A stretch of 18,031 nucleotides of DNA from Octopus sinensis (Eukaryota). How positions within the stretch are numbered: position 1 is the first letter of the stretch; the number at the start of each line of letters is the position of its first letter. The translations under genes and the position numbers were made by a program. Under the pieces are notes generated by a model. The model saw nothing but the letters and a program-made list of their open reading frames with translations, did not search any database and was not told the DNA's origin. The stretch is taken from assembly GCF_006345805.1 (NCBI RefSeq), contig NW_021824617.1, forward strand, positions 1-18,031. The letters run 5' to 3'. Below, in pieces: positions 1 to 9,480 of the stretch.

Positions 1-482
1 TACTCTGGAAAACGTAAATGCTTGTACGTGCGTAACAGATGAATTGGTGGTTAAATGACTAATCAATTGGCGAATACGAATAAAGAAGTGAAATTTAATC
101 AGTGCGTGTGTTTATTATTGGCGTAATGAACTTCCCAAGGTGCGACAAAATAATCGTTTAATTTATCTAGTTTAATCCAGTTCAGCATGATCCTGGTTTA
201 TCTCTCTCTCTTAATCACTTGAACTTAAATCCAGTTAATACTTTAGAAAACGTAAATGCTTGTACAAGCGTAACAGATGCATTGGTGGTTAAATGACTAA
301 TCAATTGGCGAATACGAATAAAGAAGTGAAACTTAATCAGTGCGTGTGTTTATTATTGGCGTAATGAACCTCCTAAGGTGCGTCAAAATAATGCTTTAAT
401 CTCTCTCTTTTAATCATTTTAACGTAAATCCAGTTAATACTCTGGAAAACGTAAATGCTTGTACGAGCGTAACAGATGAATT
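1..482. repeat. Tandem repeat of ~200-240 bp: units 1-238 and 239-437, partial unit 438-482; probably continues left of the window
   Basis: TACTCTGGAAAACGTAAATGCTTGTAC recurs at 1, 239 (TACTTTAGAAAACG variant) and 438. Units 1 and 2 are near-identical apart from ~39 extra nt in unit 1. Confidence 0.92.
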
Positions 483-1025
483 TGGCGGTAGTTATTTTCT
501 TGTAAACTCCTCATATCAGTGGTGCGTCGAGAGCGTAATACAGAGTTGTGTAAGAAAAAAGAAAATTACTTAAATAGTTTTATGTTGGGTTGGGTTTTAA
601 AAACTGTAGAAGAAGCGCTGCTGCTGTTTACACGGCTGTTGGCGAAACTGATGACGCAGTTTATAGCTAACATAGTTTCTTAAAGGGATGCTGTGCACAT
701 GATAGCAGCGAGAGAAGCTCATTATAAAGCTGAGAACGATAAGCAAAGAGAAGATAATTACAATAGTACACAAGATAAATCACAATTAATTATCCTTTTC
801 ACTGCAAGAGGAAGCAAGTAAATTTAACTTTTTGTTTTAAACAGTTTTTCGTTTCGTTTCGTTTTTGTCTTTTCTTTTTTCGTTTTTCGTTTTGTTGTTA
901 ACTTATCTGGGGGTTTTTTCGCCAGATGGCGATTGAAAGAAAATTGCTGTGAAAAATCTCTTATATAATTTTCGTTCATGAGTTATAACACCTTTCCAGC
1001 AATCTATGTAACGGCGGCCCCTTAT

Positions 1026-1070
1026 AAATAATAATACTACAAAAAATAATAATAATAATAATAATAATAA
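1026..1070. repeat. (TAA)n microsatellite
   Basis: Seen directly in the sequence. Confidence 0.9.
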
Positions 1071-1321
1071 AAAATCTTTCTTCATTCGTTTTGAAGTCTG
1101 TTATAAAGTTGATGCATGACAGGAAACACACTTTAACGGGTGTCAGGAAATATCCATCTGTTTTTTTCCAGGCTTTCATTTGTGTTCAGCGTATCCTAAA
1201 TGGAAAAACCAAGTCGTCTGCCACTTTCAGCATCACCATCATCATCACTGTGGTAATTTTTTACGCATCACCCTGACCCTTTACATCAGGCTGCCGCTCA
1301 TCCAAGAACGATACATAACAA

Positions 1322-1518
1322 TCTTTTCTACTAAAGGTACAAGGCCTGAAATTGTGGGTGAGAGGGCAAGTCGAATACATCGACCCCAGTGCTCAACTGG
1401 TACGTATTTCATCGACTCTGAAAAGATAAAAAGGCAAGGTCGACTTCGGTGGCATTTGAACTCAGAACGCCTCTAAGCATTTTGTCCAGCGCGCTAACGA
1501 ATCTCCCAGCTCGCCGCC
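1322..1518 (-). mobile_element. tRNA-derived SINE, family C (my label), near full length
   Basis: Minus strand starts GGCGGCGAGCTGGGAGATTCGTTAGC, has a box B-like GAGTTCAAATGCC, and its body matches the copy at 4599-4830. Confidence 0.85.
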
Positions 1519-1608
1519 GTAGAACTTTTGTCTTTCGCTTCTTCCACTCTTTCATTCATTGCACAATGGCCATACTGGGACTCCAGTCCTTTATCTTTTC
1601 CTTTTTTC

Positions 1609-1773
1609 TTCAAATTCTGAAGGGGTCAGCTTTGCTTTTGATCCCTTCGGAGTTGATGAAATACGTACCATAAAATAAATTAGCAGTTGAGCATTGGGGG
1701 TCAGTGTAATCGACACGAGTTCCCTTCCCCACAAACTTCAGTCTTTGTGTCTGTAGCAGAAAGGATTATTATT
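1609..1773 (+). mobile_element. Family C SINE, 5'-truncated and diverged
   Basis: TTCAAATTCTG...CTTTGC...GTACCA...CAGTTGAGCATTGGGGGTC...GTAATCGAC aligns with 4599-4830; ends in an ATT tail. Confidence 0.75.
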
Positions 1774-1774
1774 G

Positions 1775-2207
1775 TTGTTACACTATCGTTTCTTGCAATT
1801 GAGCGCACTCCAGTGGTCGGAAGAACGATCTGCTGCCAAGCTCATTCGGCTGAGGACTTGGTACGCAGTGGCTTTGAAGCTCGGACTTGCTCTGAGGCTG
1901 AGGCCCTTGCAGAGGTTCTTGGACAGGGAACAGGTGAAACAGCCACTTGACAGGCATACCTTCCCAAAGTTCATCTCTGATGTAGCTACAGCTCTGGGGG
2001 CAACGAAACCAAATATTGGACGGTACCTAGCTTCTGCAATATCAGACTGTCACAGTTCTCTGTCAATCAGGCAATACTATCGATGGCACCTCGACCCTTG
2101 CATTCTACAATAGTTTTGTATTAGGATGGCGTTCTCAGGGACACTAAGTACCAATGAGTATCACCGGATAATTTACTACAGAGAGCTTTGCCTTCAGCTG
2201 GGAGAAT
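1775..2207 (+). pseudogene. Decayed Tx1/L1-like LINE ORF2, C-terminal region, part 1
   Basis: Frameshifted, stop-containing translations (LLHYRFL / RTPVVGRTICCQ / ALRLRPLQRFLDREQVKQPLDRHTFPKFIS) resemble the post-RT region of Tx1-type ORF2 as I recall it. The frame continues into part 2 once the MITE is removed. Not database-verified. Confidence 0.55.
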
Positions 2208-2651
2208 GGTACTAGAACAAAATCCTACCGAGGACTAATCCCCCTGGACAAAATCCCCCCGAGGACAAAATCCCCTGGACAAAATCCCCCCGAGGACAAA
2301 ATCCCTCCCTGACAAAATCCCCCCCCCTGACAAAATCCCCCCCTGACAAAATCCCTGCGGACAAAATCCCCCAGGACAATCCCCCCCCCCCCCCAAGGAC
2401 AAAATCCGCCCCGGACAAAATCCCCCTGGACAAAATCCCCCCGAGGACAAAATCCCCCCCAAGGACAAAATCGCCCCCGGACAAAATCCTCCGGCAGTCA
2501 CTATCCCCCGGGATATTGTTCTTCCTTTACAATAAAAATATTTTAGGGAAGTGAAATTTTATTAAAAAATCGAAAATACTAATTAGTTGATATGTTTTTG
2601 GTAAAATTTGTCCGGGAGTTTTCGTCCTCGAGGGAATTTTGTCCTGATACC
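2208..2651. mobile_element. Non-autonomous DNA transposon (MITE-like, 444 bp) with imperfect TIRs and ~15 internal GGACAAAATCCCCC repeats
   Basis: Left end GGTACTAGAACAAAATCCTACCGAGGAC; reverse complement of right end GGTATCAGGACAAAATTCCCTCGAGGAC. Tandem array at ~2245-2490. No clean TSD; superfamily uncertain (possibly Mutator-like). Confidence 0.8.
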
Positions 2652-2990
2652 CGAGAGAGCTACAGATAGAAATCCTTTGTATAGCAAACTAACGAGCAGT
2701 GAGGATAATATTGGTTCGGGAGAAATTCTACAGGTATGGCGGAACCATCAATCAAATCTGTCAGAAATGCGCACAACATGGATAAGTGACCGTTATGTAG
2801 GCACATATTCTGTGCTCGAGAATTGCCGACCAGTGGAGTTATGTTGGACAGTTGTTGTTGAGAGCTATGGATCCAACTCTATCAGCCGTGTCTATCTTGA
2901 AGATTATCTTGCCGCCTTCTTTTGATGGCCGTGCTGAAAGAGATTTACAGAGATGTACTTGCATAGCGAGTGACTTGATCTGAGATCGTG
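2652..2990 (+). pseudogene. Decayed Tx1/L1-like LINE ORF2, part 2, with zinc-knuckle remnant
   Basis: Frame from 2654 reads ...LVREKFYRYGGTINQICQKCAQHG*VTVM*AHILCSRIADQWSYVGQLL...SILKIILPPSFD. This is CxxC-x9-(stop at the expected His)-x4-C, typical of L1/Tx1 C-terminal CCHC motifs. Confidence 0.65.
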
Positions 2991-3220
2991 CGCCGGAACG
3001 AAAACAATTGCAGTGTAGAAGGTGTTTATAAGCTATTTAAGAAACACACAAAAAACCATTAGATTCACTTCAACATTTAAATTTAATTTGTCAAAATATT
3101 TTCGTTGCTTTGAGACCGCTACCTGTTCACTGACAAAGCTTTGTGCTGAAAGAGATAGTATTGTGGAAAAGGTTGAAATGACCAGAGATAGGCAGTTTTC
3201 ATTTTGGCCATAACCTCATG

Positions 3221-3520
3221 TAACCACATGGTTTTGGGCTCAGCCCCTCCGTGTAACACTTTGGGATAATGACTTCTGCTATGGACACCGGCCGAACAAC
3301 GTGAAACTAAGTGGAAGCCCGCCATTTGTGTGTGTGTGTATGTGTGTGTGTGTGTGTGTGTATGTATGTGTGTGTGTATAAATGTATGTAGGTGTGTCTG
3401 TGTGTGTGTGTCTTTGTGCTTGTGTTTGCCCACTACTACCAGCGCTTGATAATCGGTGTTGGTTTGTTTGTGTCTCGTAGCTTAGCAGTTCGGTAAAAGA
3501 CCTTATCGATCGTATCGGTG
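3221..3520 (+). mobile_element. Old, diverged family A SINE with internal (TG)n tract
   Basis: AACCACATGGTTTTGGGCTCAG...CTTCTGCTAT...GGCCGA, then (TG)n, then GCTTGATAATCGGTGTTGG...CTTAGCAGTTCGGTAAAAGA; collinear with 5052-5498. Confidence 0.75.
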
Positions 3521-3680
3521 TATATGTTTGACTTGGTAAAGATTGGACAACCGAAAACAGTGTGTCCTCCTTGTTCAGCTCACACGGCCTACACCCAGTG
3601 TTAGCATTTCCATACACTACTTTATGTTTATAGTTGCTTAGAGTCAGATATTGGTGATGCGCATCAAGGTTAAAACTTAC

Positions 3681-3728
3681 TCTTTCTGTTTTTTAGTGTC
3701 AGGTGTACATCATCTTTGTCGAGCCCTG
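3681..3728 (-). CDS. Candidate 48-nt internal coding exon (phase 1-1), peptide xGLDKDDVHLTLKNRK; product unknown
   Basis: Minus-strand acceptor TTGACTATTTGCAG|CAG|GG (tandem NAGNAG) and consensus donor AGA|GTAAGT; open symmetric frame in unique sequence. No homolog recognised. Confidence 0.35.
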
Positions 3729-3825
3729 CTGCAAATAGTCAATAATGGAATAGTTTTTCTAGATTTTCCTCGGTATATTTTGTTGTTGTTTATAATTATT
3801 ATGTTGCTAGTCTTCTTCTTATTGT

Positions 3826-3841
3826 TGTTTTGTTGTTGTTG

Positions 3842-3889
<48 letters not shown>

Positions 3890-3975
3890 TATTATTATTA
3901 TTATTATTATTGTTGTTTGTTATTATTAATATTATTATTATTATTATCATTATTAGTATTATTATTATTATTATT
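3826..3975. repeat. Compound (TGT)n/(TAT)n microsatellite
   Basis: Seen directly in the sequence. Confidence 0.95.
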
Positions 3976-4531
3976 GAGTGAGAGAGCAGTGCATGCCATC
4001 AAAGTGACACTGGGGTAAAATATACAAAGCTCAATATACCCATCATGACTACCCGTCTGATAAGGATACACCAGGCACATGCATCACAACCATATGTGCG
4101 CGACATGGTGATCTCATCTCAAAATAAACAGCACATGACCTTGCAGGTGGGGGCCCAGTTAGAAATTTCTTCAGGTTCAGTAGCCCATCCCGCTCAAAAG
4201 GTCCCTGAATAAGGTTTGTTTAAGGATGTTGAAAGAACCACCCATGTTTCCAGAGGTGAATTATTCAAACCCCAAAGAATCCCTGCCAACACATGACTAT
4301 GATGCTCCCCCACTACTTCTGCTCGTGATCAGAGATACACATATCGTCGGCCACTAAGGGACATGCTCAACTGGTTAAAGTCAAACAACTGACAAGCAAA
4401 TCTGTGGTATTGAGCAGAATATTTGCTGTAGCCCATCTTTTATACCAAAACAAAACAATGTACATGATAACACTTCCAATCAGTTAAGATCAGGAGCCAT
4501 GAGAGCCACTGCCTGGTACTGTATCAGGGCA
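3976..4531 (-). mobile_element. ~556-bp non-coding insert embedded in a (TAA)n tract; probable non-autonomous retroposon
   Basis: Complex sequence bounded sharply on both sides by ATT/TAT repeats; no ORF of 60 aa or more, no TIRs, no tRNA head. Strand assigned only by assuming a TAA tail. Confidence 0.55.
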
Positions 4532-4538
4532 TTTATTA

Positions 4539-4598
<60 letters not shown>
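4532..4598. repeat. (ATT)n microsatellite
   Basis: Seen directly in the sequence. Confidence 0.95.
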
Positions 4599-4830
4599 GG
4601 GCTGCTACCTGGCAGAATCGTTAGCACACCGGGCAAAATGCTTAGCGGCATTCCACCTGTCTTTACGTTCAGAGTTCAAATTCTGCCAAGGTAGACTTTG
4701 CCTTTCATCCTTTCGGAGTCGAGAAAATAAGTACCAGTTGTGTTCTGGATCGATGTAATCGACGTCGCCACTCCACCTCGAAAGCTGCCGGCCCCAGTGC
4801 CAAAATCTGAAATGCCAAAATTTGAAACCA
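4599..4830 (+). mobile_element. tRNA-derived SINE, family C, full length
   Basis: Box A-like TGGCAGAATCG, box B-like GAGTTCAAATTC; duplicated 3' end TGCCAAAATCTGAAA-TGCCAAAATTTGAAA. Confidence 0.88.
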
Positions 4831-5051
4831 CTATCCTATAACCCACGTCACCCACAGAGATGACAAATGTCTGAAGATTCAGCGTATTTGTTTAGAAAGA
4901 TAACAAAATCTTTAATTTCAAATTCTGAGCCAATATATTTTCTTTCAAAATATCATCGTTCGGTTGCTGTTGCTTCTTTATTGAAGTCAAGTTTGTCTTA
5001 GTATATGTAAATAGATTGATTAAATGAAGCCGATCCCTTTGTATACATATA

Positions 5052-5215
5052 GGCGCAGGAGTGGCTGTGTGGTAAGTAGCTTGCTAAACAACCACATGGT
5101 TCCGGGTTCAGTCCCACTGCGTGGCATCTTGGGCAAGTGTCTTCTGCTATAGCCCCGGGCCGACCGATGCCTTGTGGGTGGATTTGGTAGACGGAACTGA
5201 AAGAAGCCTGTCGTA

Positions 5216-5281
<66 letters not shown>

Positions 5282-5498
5282 GTGTGTGTGTTGTGGTCTT
5301 GTGTTTTGTCCCCCTAGCATTGCTTGACAACCGATGCTGGTGTGTTTACGTCCCCGTCACTTAGCGGTTCGGCAAATGATACCGATAGAATAAGTACTGG
5401 GCTTACAAAGAATAAGTCCCGGGGTCGATTTGCTCGACCAAAGGCGGTGCTCCGGCATGGCCGCAGTCAAACGACTGAAACAAGTAAAAGAGTAAAGA
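5052..5498 (+). mobile_element. tRNA-derived SINE, family A, full length, with expanded internal (TA)n
   Basis: GGCGCAGGAGTGGCTGTGTGGTAAG head, GGTTCAGTCCC box B, GTAAAAGAGTAAAGAG tail; near-identical copies at 11414 and 12584. Confidence 0.92.
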
Positions 5499-5843
5499 GA
5501 GAGAGAGAGAGTCAGTCACATATCCACTGCGGGTACACTGTCTGTCTGTCTCATTAAACATTGAATAAATAGCTATGCACTGGGAAAATATATCCTCACG
5601 ATGCAACACCTCAATTTTTTAACGCGTCGTTAAACTTCTTTATCTTATTTCTTTATATATCGTAATGCATAGAATTTGAAATTCACTAAAAGAATGGCCA
5701 GAGAAGAATATTTAGAAGCAAAGACAAAAGTAATTTCAATAACATTTCAAAAATTTCATTTGTTCTGTTTGCTCTACAGCTGTTTCAATGACACAAATGA
5801 AAACTTTAATCAAACTTTATCAATTTATCAAACTTGGCAATTT

Positions 5844-5889
5844 CAATTAGATCGGCCCCAGTGTTTAACTGATATTTATTTTATCGACC
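5844..5889 (-). mobile_element. Short family C SINE fragment
   Basis: Reverse complement matches the GGTCGATAAAATAA.TA.CAGTT...CACTGGGG.CGAT segment of family C. Confidence 0.6.
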
Positions 5890-5939
5890 GCCCCCCCCAT
5901 ACATACACATATATATGTATGTATGTATGTATATATCAA

Positions 5940-6092
5940 GGTGTGTTTGTCTTTGTGTCTGTGTTTGTCACCCCATCACCGCTTGGCAACCGATGTTGCT
6001 GTGTTTACGTCCCCGTAACAGCGGTTCGGCTAAAGAGTCGGATACTAGGCTTAGAATAAGTCCTGGGGTCTGGGGTCGATTTGTTCGACTAA
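5940..6092 (+). mobile_element. Family A SINE, 3' half
   Basis: GCTTGGCAACCGATG...GTGTTTACGTCCCCGTAAC...GCGGTTCGGC...AGAATAAGTCCTGGGGTC...GATTTGTTCGACTAAA matches the family A 3' half. Confidence 0.8.
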
Positions 6093-6104
6093 AAAAAAAC
6101 TTCA

Positions 6105-6178
6105 CTCGGTCTGGGAATCGAAACCGCGATCCTACGACCGCGAGTCCGCTGCACTAACCACTGGGCTATTGCGCCTCC
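6105..6178 (-). mobile_element. Family B SINE, tRNA-like head only
   Basis: Minus strand GGAGGCGCAATAGCCCAGTGGTTAGTGCAGCGGACTCGCGGTCGTAGGATCGCGGTTTCGATTCCCAGACCG matches the heads at 8244 and 9637. Confidence 0.85.
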
Positions 6179-6210
6179 ACACACACACATATATATAAAA
6201 ATAAAATAAA

Positions 6211-6456
6211 TGCGCCCTTTTAAAGCCTAGCCAGGCTCATGGACCCGGTTTCCCGGTTTCTATGGCGTATGTGTTCCCCAGCAGGATGAGACGCCAGTCC
6301 ATCGCAGCTTTAATCATTTTTGCCAGCTGAGTGGACTGGAGCAACGTGAAATGAAGTGTTTTGCTCAGGAACACAATGCGTTGCCCGCTCCAGGAATCGA
6401 AACCACAATCTTACGATCATGATGCTGACACCCTAACCACTATGCCACCCGCCTCC
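6211..6456 (-). mobile_element. tRNA-derived CORE-type SINE
   Basis: Head GGAGGCGGGTGGCATAGTGGTTAG...GGTTTCGATTCC; central TGAGCAAAACACTTCATTTCACGTTGCTCCAGTCCACTCAGCTG shared with 10606-10948 and resembling the CORE domain; tail GAAACCGGGAAACCGG shared with family B. Confidence 0.8.
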
Positions 6457-6470
6457 ACACACACACACAT

Positions 6471-6578
<108 letters not shown>

Positions 6579-6862
6579 AAATATTTATACATACACATAC
6601 ACATACACATTCAAGTTTATATGTGTGTGTGTGTGTGTGTTTTGGTGTTTATGTTCCCGTAACGTAGCGGCAATAATCCAGTTCATGAATTCACGCAGAC
6701 ACGCGTATAGTACCAAACTCACGAAGATCAACCATGTAGATCCACATCAACCACACAATTGCACAGACGCAAACCCACACTCGAAGCACCCGCGAAGAAG
6801 GACACTCGCTCTGATACCGAGTAGTGTTCTGTTTACACTTACACGAATACTTTAAAAACCAC

Positions 6863-7231
6863 ACAGACACACAGACACACACACACACACACACATACAC
6901 ATACACACACACATACACACCACACATACACACACATACTCACACACACACTCACACACACACTCACCCACACATACACACACACATACACACACACACA
7001 CTCACACACTCACAAACACATACACACACACAACTACACACACACACACACACACACTCACACACACTCACTCACACACACACACACTCACACACACTAC
7101 ACACACACACACACACACTCACACACACACACTCACTCACACATACACACTCACACACACTTACACACACAACACACACAACTCACACACACACACTCAC
7201 TCACACACACACTCACACACACAAACACACA

Positions 7232-7269
<38 letters not shown>

Positions 7270-7273
7270 CACA
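6863..7273. repeat. Degenerate (CA)n-rich tract
   Basis: CA repeats interrupted by CT, TA and AA variants. Confidence 0.95.
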
Positions 7274-7496
7274 CGACCGAACTGGCAGCCCTTATTGGAA
7301 TCCACGGACTGTAATATAACACCTCTTTCAAAAACAAACCCTATTTATTTCCCTACCATCCTGTTCCCTAAATCACTTCCCGCCCCTATTATCTGACCTG
7401 CATCTCGTTTACAGACTAACTTTACCCTAAAACCTGCGCGCGCACGCATGCATGTGTAAATACGCGCGTCCGCGGACAGATACACACAAGAGGAGC

Positions 7497-8040
7497 GCAC
7501 ACACACACACAAACACACAAGTACACACACACACACAAGAACACACACACACGCACACACACATACGCACACACACATACGCAAGTACACACACACACAC
7601 AAGAACACACACACACACACACAAACACACAGACACACACACACACACTCACAGACACACAGACACATAAACACACAGACACACAGACGACACACACTCA
7701 CAGACACACAGACACATAAACACACACATACACACATGTACACACACACACACAAGAACACACACACACGCACACACACATACGCACACACACATACGCA
7801 AGTACACACACACACACAAGAACACACACACACACACACAAACACACAGACACACACACACACTCACAGACACACAGACACATAAACACACACATACACA
7901 CAAGTACACACACACACACAAGAACACACATACACGCACACACACATACGCACACACACATACGCAAGTACACACACACACACACAAGAACACACACACC
8001 ACACACAATTACACACACAAACACACAGACACACACACAC
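7497..8040. repeat. (CA)n-rich tract with higher-order ~165-220 bp periodicity
   Basis: Marker CATACGCAAGTACAC recurs with GCAAGTAC at 7581, 7798 and 7964; CACTCACAGACACACAGACACATAAAC also recurs. Confidence 0.88.
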
Positions 8041-8130
8041 GCACGCGCGCGCGCGGAGGCACAGACAGCACTGAAAACAAGCATATGAATCAAAATGGCG
8101 TACATTAGGTCACTCGGCCTGCGCTCCTAA

Positions 8131-8203
8131 TGTTAGCATTTCCATACACTACTTTATGTTTATAGTTGCTTAGAGTCAGATATTGGTGATGTTTTTTAGT
8201 GTC
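8131..8203. repeat. Dispersed direct duplicate of 3599-3700 with a 61-bp identical core
   Basis: 8131-8191 is identical to 3599-3659. It is followed directly by TTTTTTAGTGTC, which in the first copy comes after a 29-nt extra segment. Confidence 0.95.
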
Positions 8204-8243
8204 GCACCAAAATTCAACATGCACACGCAACCACACCATCAGT

Positions 8244-8435
8244 GGAGTCACAATGGTCCAGTGGTTAGGGCAGCGGACTCGCGGCCGTAAGAACGCGGTT
8301 TCGATTCCCAGACCGGGCATTGTGAGTGTTTATTGAGCAAAAAACACCTAAGCTCCACGAGGTTCCGGCGCGGGGTGGTTGGTGAGCCCCGCTGTACTCT
8401 TTCACCACAACTTTCTCCCAGTCTTTCTTCCTACT
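8244..8435 (+). mobile_element. Family B SINE, lacking the 3' tail
   Basis: GGAGTCACAATGGTCCAGTGGTTAGGGCAGCGGACTCGCGG head, GGTTTCGATTCCC box B; body matches 9636-9940. Confidence 0.85.
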
Positions 8436-8726
8436 TCTTTCACAAAGCAGAGGAAAAATGGTGTAACCCACTATGGTGTGGTAAAACTTTCAGACCCTAG
8501 TCTAGATTGCGAATCCTCTGTACCCCAGGATGGTTCAGCTCTCCACCCGTTAAAAGCCACTGTTTTTGGAATGAGGATAACAACGTAGCTTTCGCGCCCG
8601 TGCAACCGCCAGTCTATCGCGTGTGGTGGGTGGATCTTCAAGTTGCCACACGCATTCTTAGTAGCTTAGAGTAGGCTCGAATTAGAGACTATTATTGTTT
8701 GTGGCTAATGGCGTGAGTCCTGATTG

Positions 8727-8850
8727 GAAGAAGAAGAAGAAGAAGAAGAAGAAGAAGAAGAAGAAGAAGAAGAAGAAGAAGAAGACAACGACGACGACGA
8801 CCACCACCACCACGACCACCACCACGACCACCACCACCACACCATCATCT
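8727..8850. repeat. Compound trinucleotide tract (GAA)n-(ACG)n-(ACC)n-(ATC)n; probable tail of the adjacent RTE LINE
   Basis: Begins immediately after the RTE stop codon on the minus strand. Confidence 0.9.
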
Positions 8851-9090
8851 TCACGTGTCGTCTGCTTTCAGCAAGTTGAACATCAATGATCTCCATTCGG
8901 ACCTTTTCTCTGCCGTTCATATACATTTACCATTTGATAATTTATTTACTCCACAGTCCTTGACGTTATCAAACCAGTTTGTTCTAGGTTTTCTTCTCCA
9001 GTGTCTGCCATTTATCTTCCCTTCTATTAATAATCTATGTATACGTTGTGCCTTTACTATGTCTCCAAAGTACTTCAGAATAGCTTGGTT
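8851..9090 (-). pseudogene. 3' end of an RTE-clade LINE ORF (5'-truncated, one internal stop)
   Basis: Translation NQAILKYFGDIVKAQRIHRLLIEGKINGRHWRRKPRTNWFDNVKDCGVNKLSNGKCI*TAEKRSEWRSLMFNLLKADDT* fits the RTE C-terminal pattern (LKYFGH...EGKI.G.R.RGRPR..W.D....A.DR..WR). Confidence 0.85.
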
Positions 9091-9093
9091 AAG

Positions 9094-9095
<2 letters not shown>

Positions 9096-9128
<33 letters not shown>
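9096..9128. repeat. (CA)n microsatellite
   Basis: Seen directly in the sequence. Confidence 0.95.
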
Positions 9129-9132
<4 letters not shown>

Positions 9133-9480
9133 AATCAACAGAAAACAAGAGGGTGTGGATGTAGAATTTATTTTGTCACTGTCAGTTATACATTGCGAGG
9201 GCGAAAACGATCGGCCGACTCCTGCTTCAGAGAAATCCCACTTAACCGGAAGTTCCCTTCACTGCAGCCCAGCTCATTAGCTAACCCGCAGTGAAGTTCC
9301 TGTCTACAGTTCGTCTGTTATAAGTCCTTGGGCAATGCCCTATATCAGCTTCAGTTTTTTTAATAGTTGAGCGTAATCCCCCTTTTTTGTGTGTATTTGC
9401 TTGTTGCAACAATTCTTCATAAGTTCTATATTTTGTCAAAGATATTCTTAATATCCTTACTATATTCTAACATTCATCTT

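Noticed and set aside
646-666. GAAA-CTGATGA motif resembling hammerhead boxes
   Set aside because: The boxes are adjacent with no room for stems I and III, and no downstream stem II plus GAAA forms. It is only an AAACTG/CAGTTT hairpin.
2245-2490. Short regularly spaced repeats as a CRISPR-like array
   Set aside because: There are no unique spacers, the context is eukaryotic, and the units are head-to-tail tandem copies.
2212-2501. Gly-rich ORFs (GGILSGG repeats)
   Set aside because: These are translations of the MITE tandem array.
3599-3659. The duplicated 61-mer as an intronic snoRNA, miRNA or coding exon (HHQYLTLSNYKHKVVYGNAN)
   Set aside because: The shared core has no intact C box and terminal D box, no stable hairpin, and no flanking splice sites for that frame. 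A faint PRY-domain resemblance is too weak to support.
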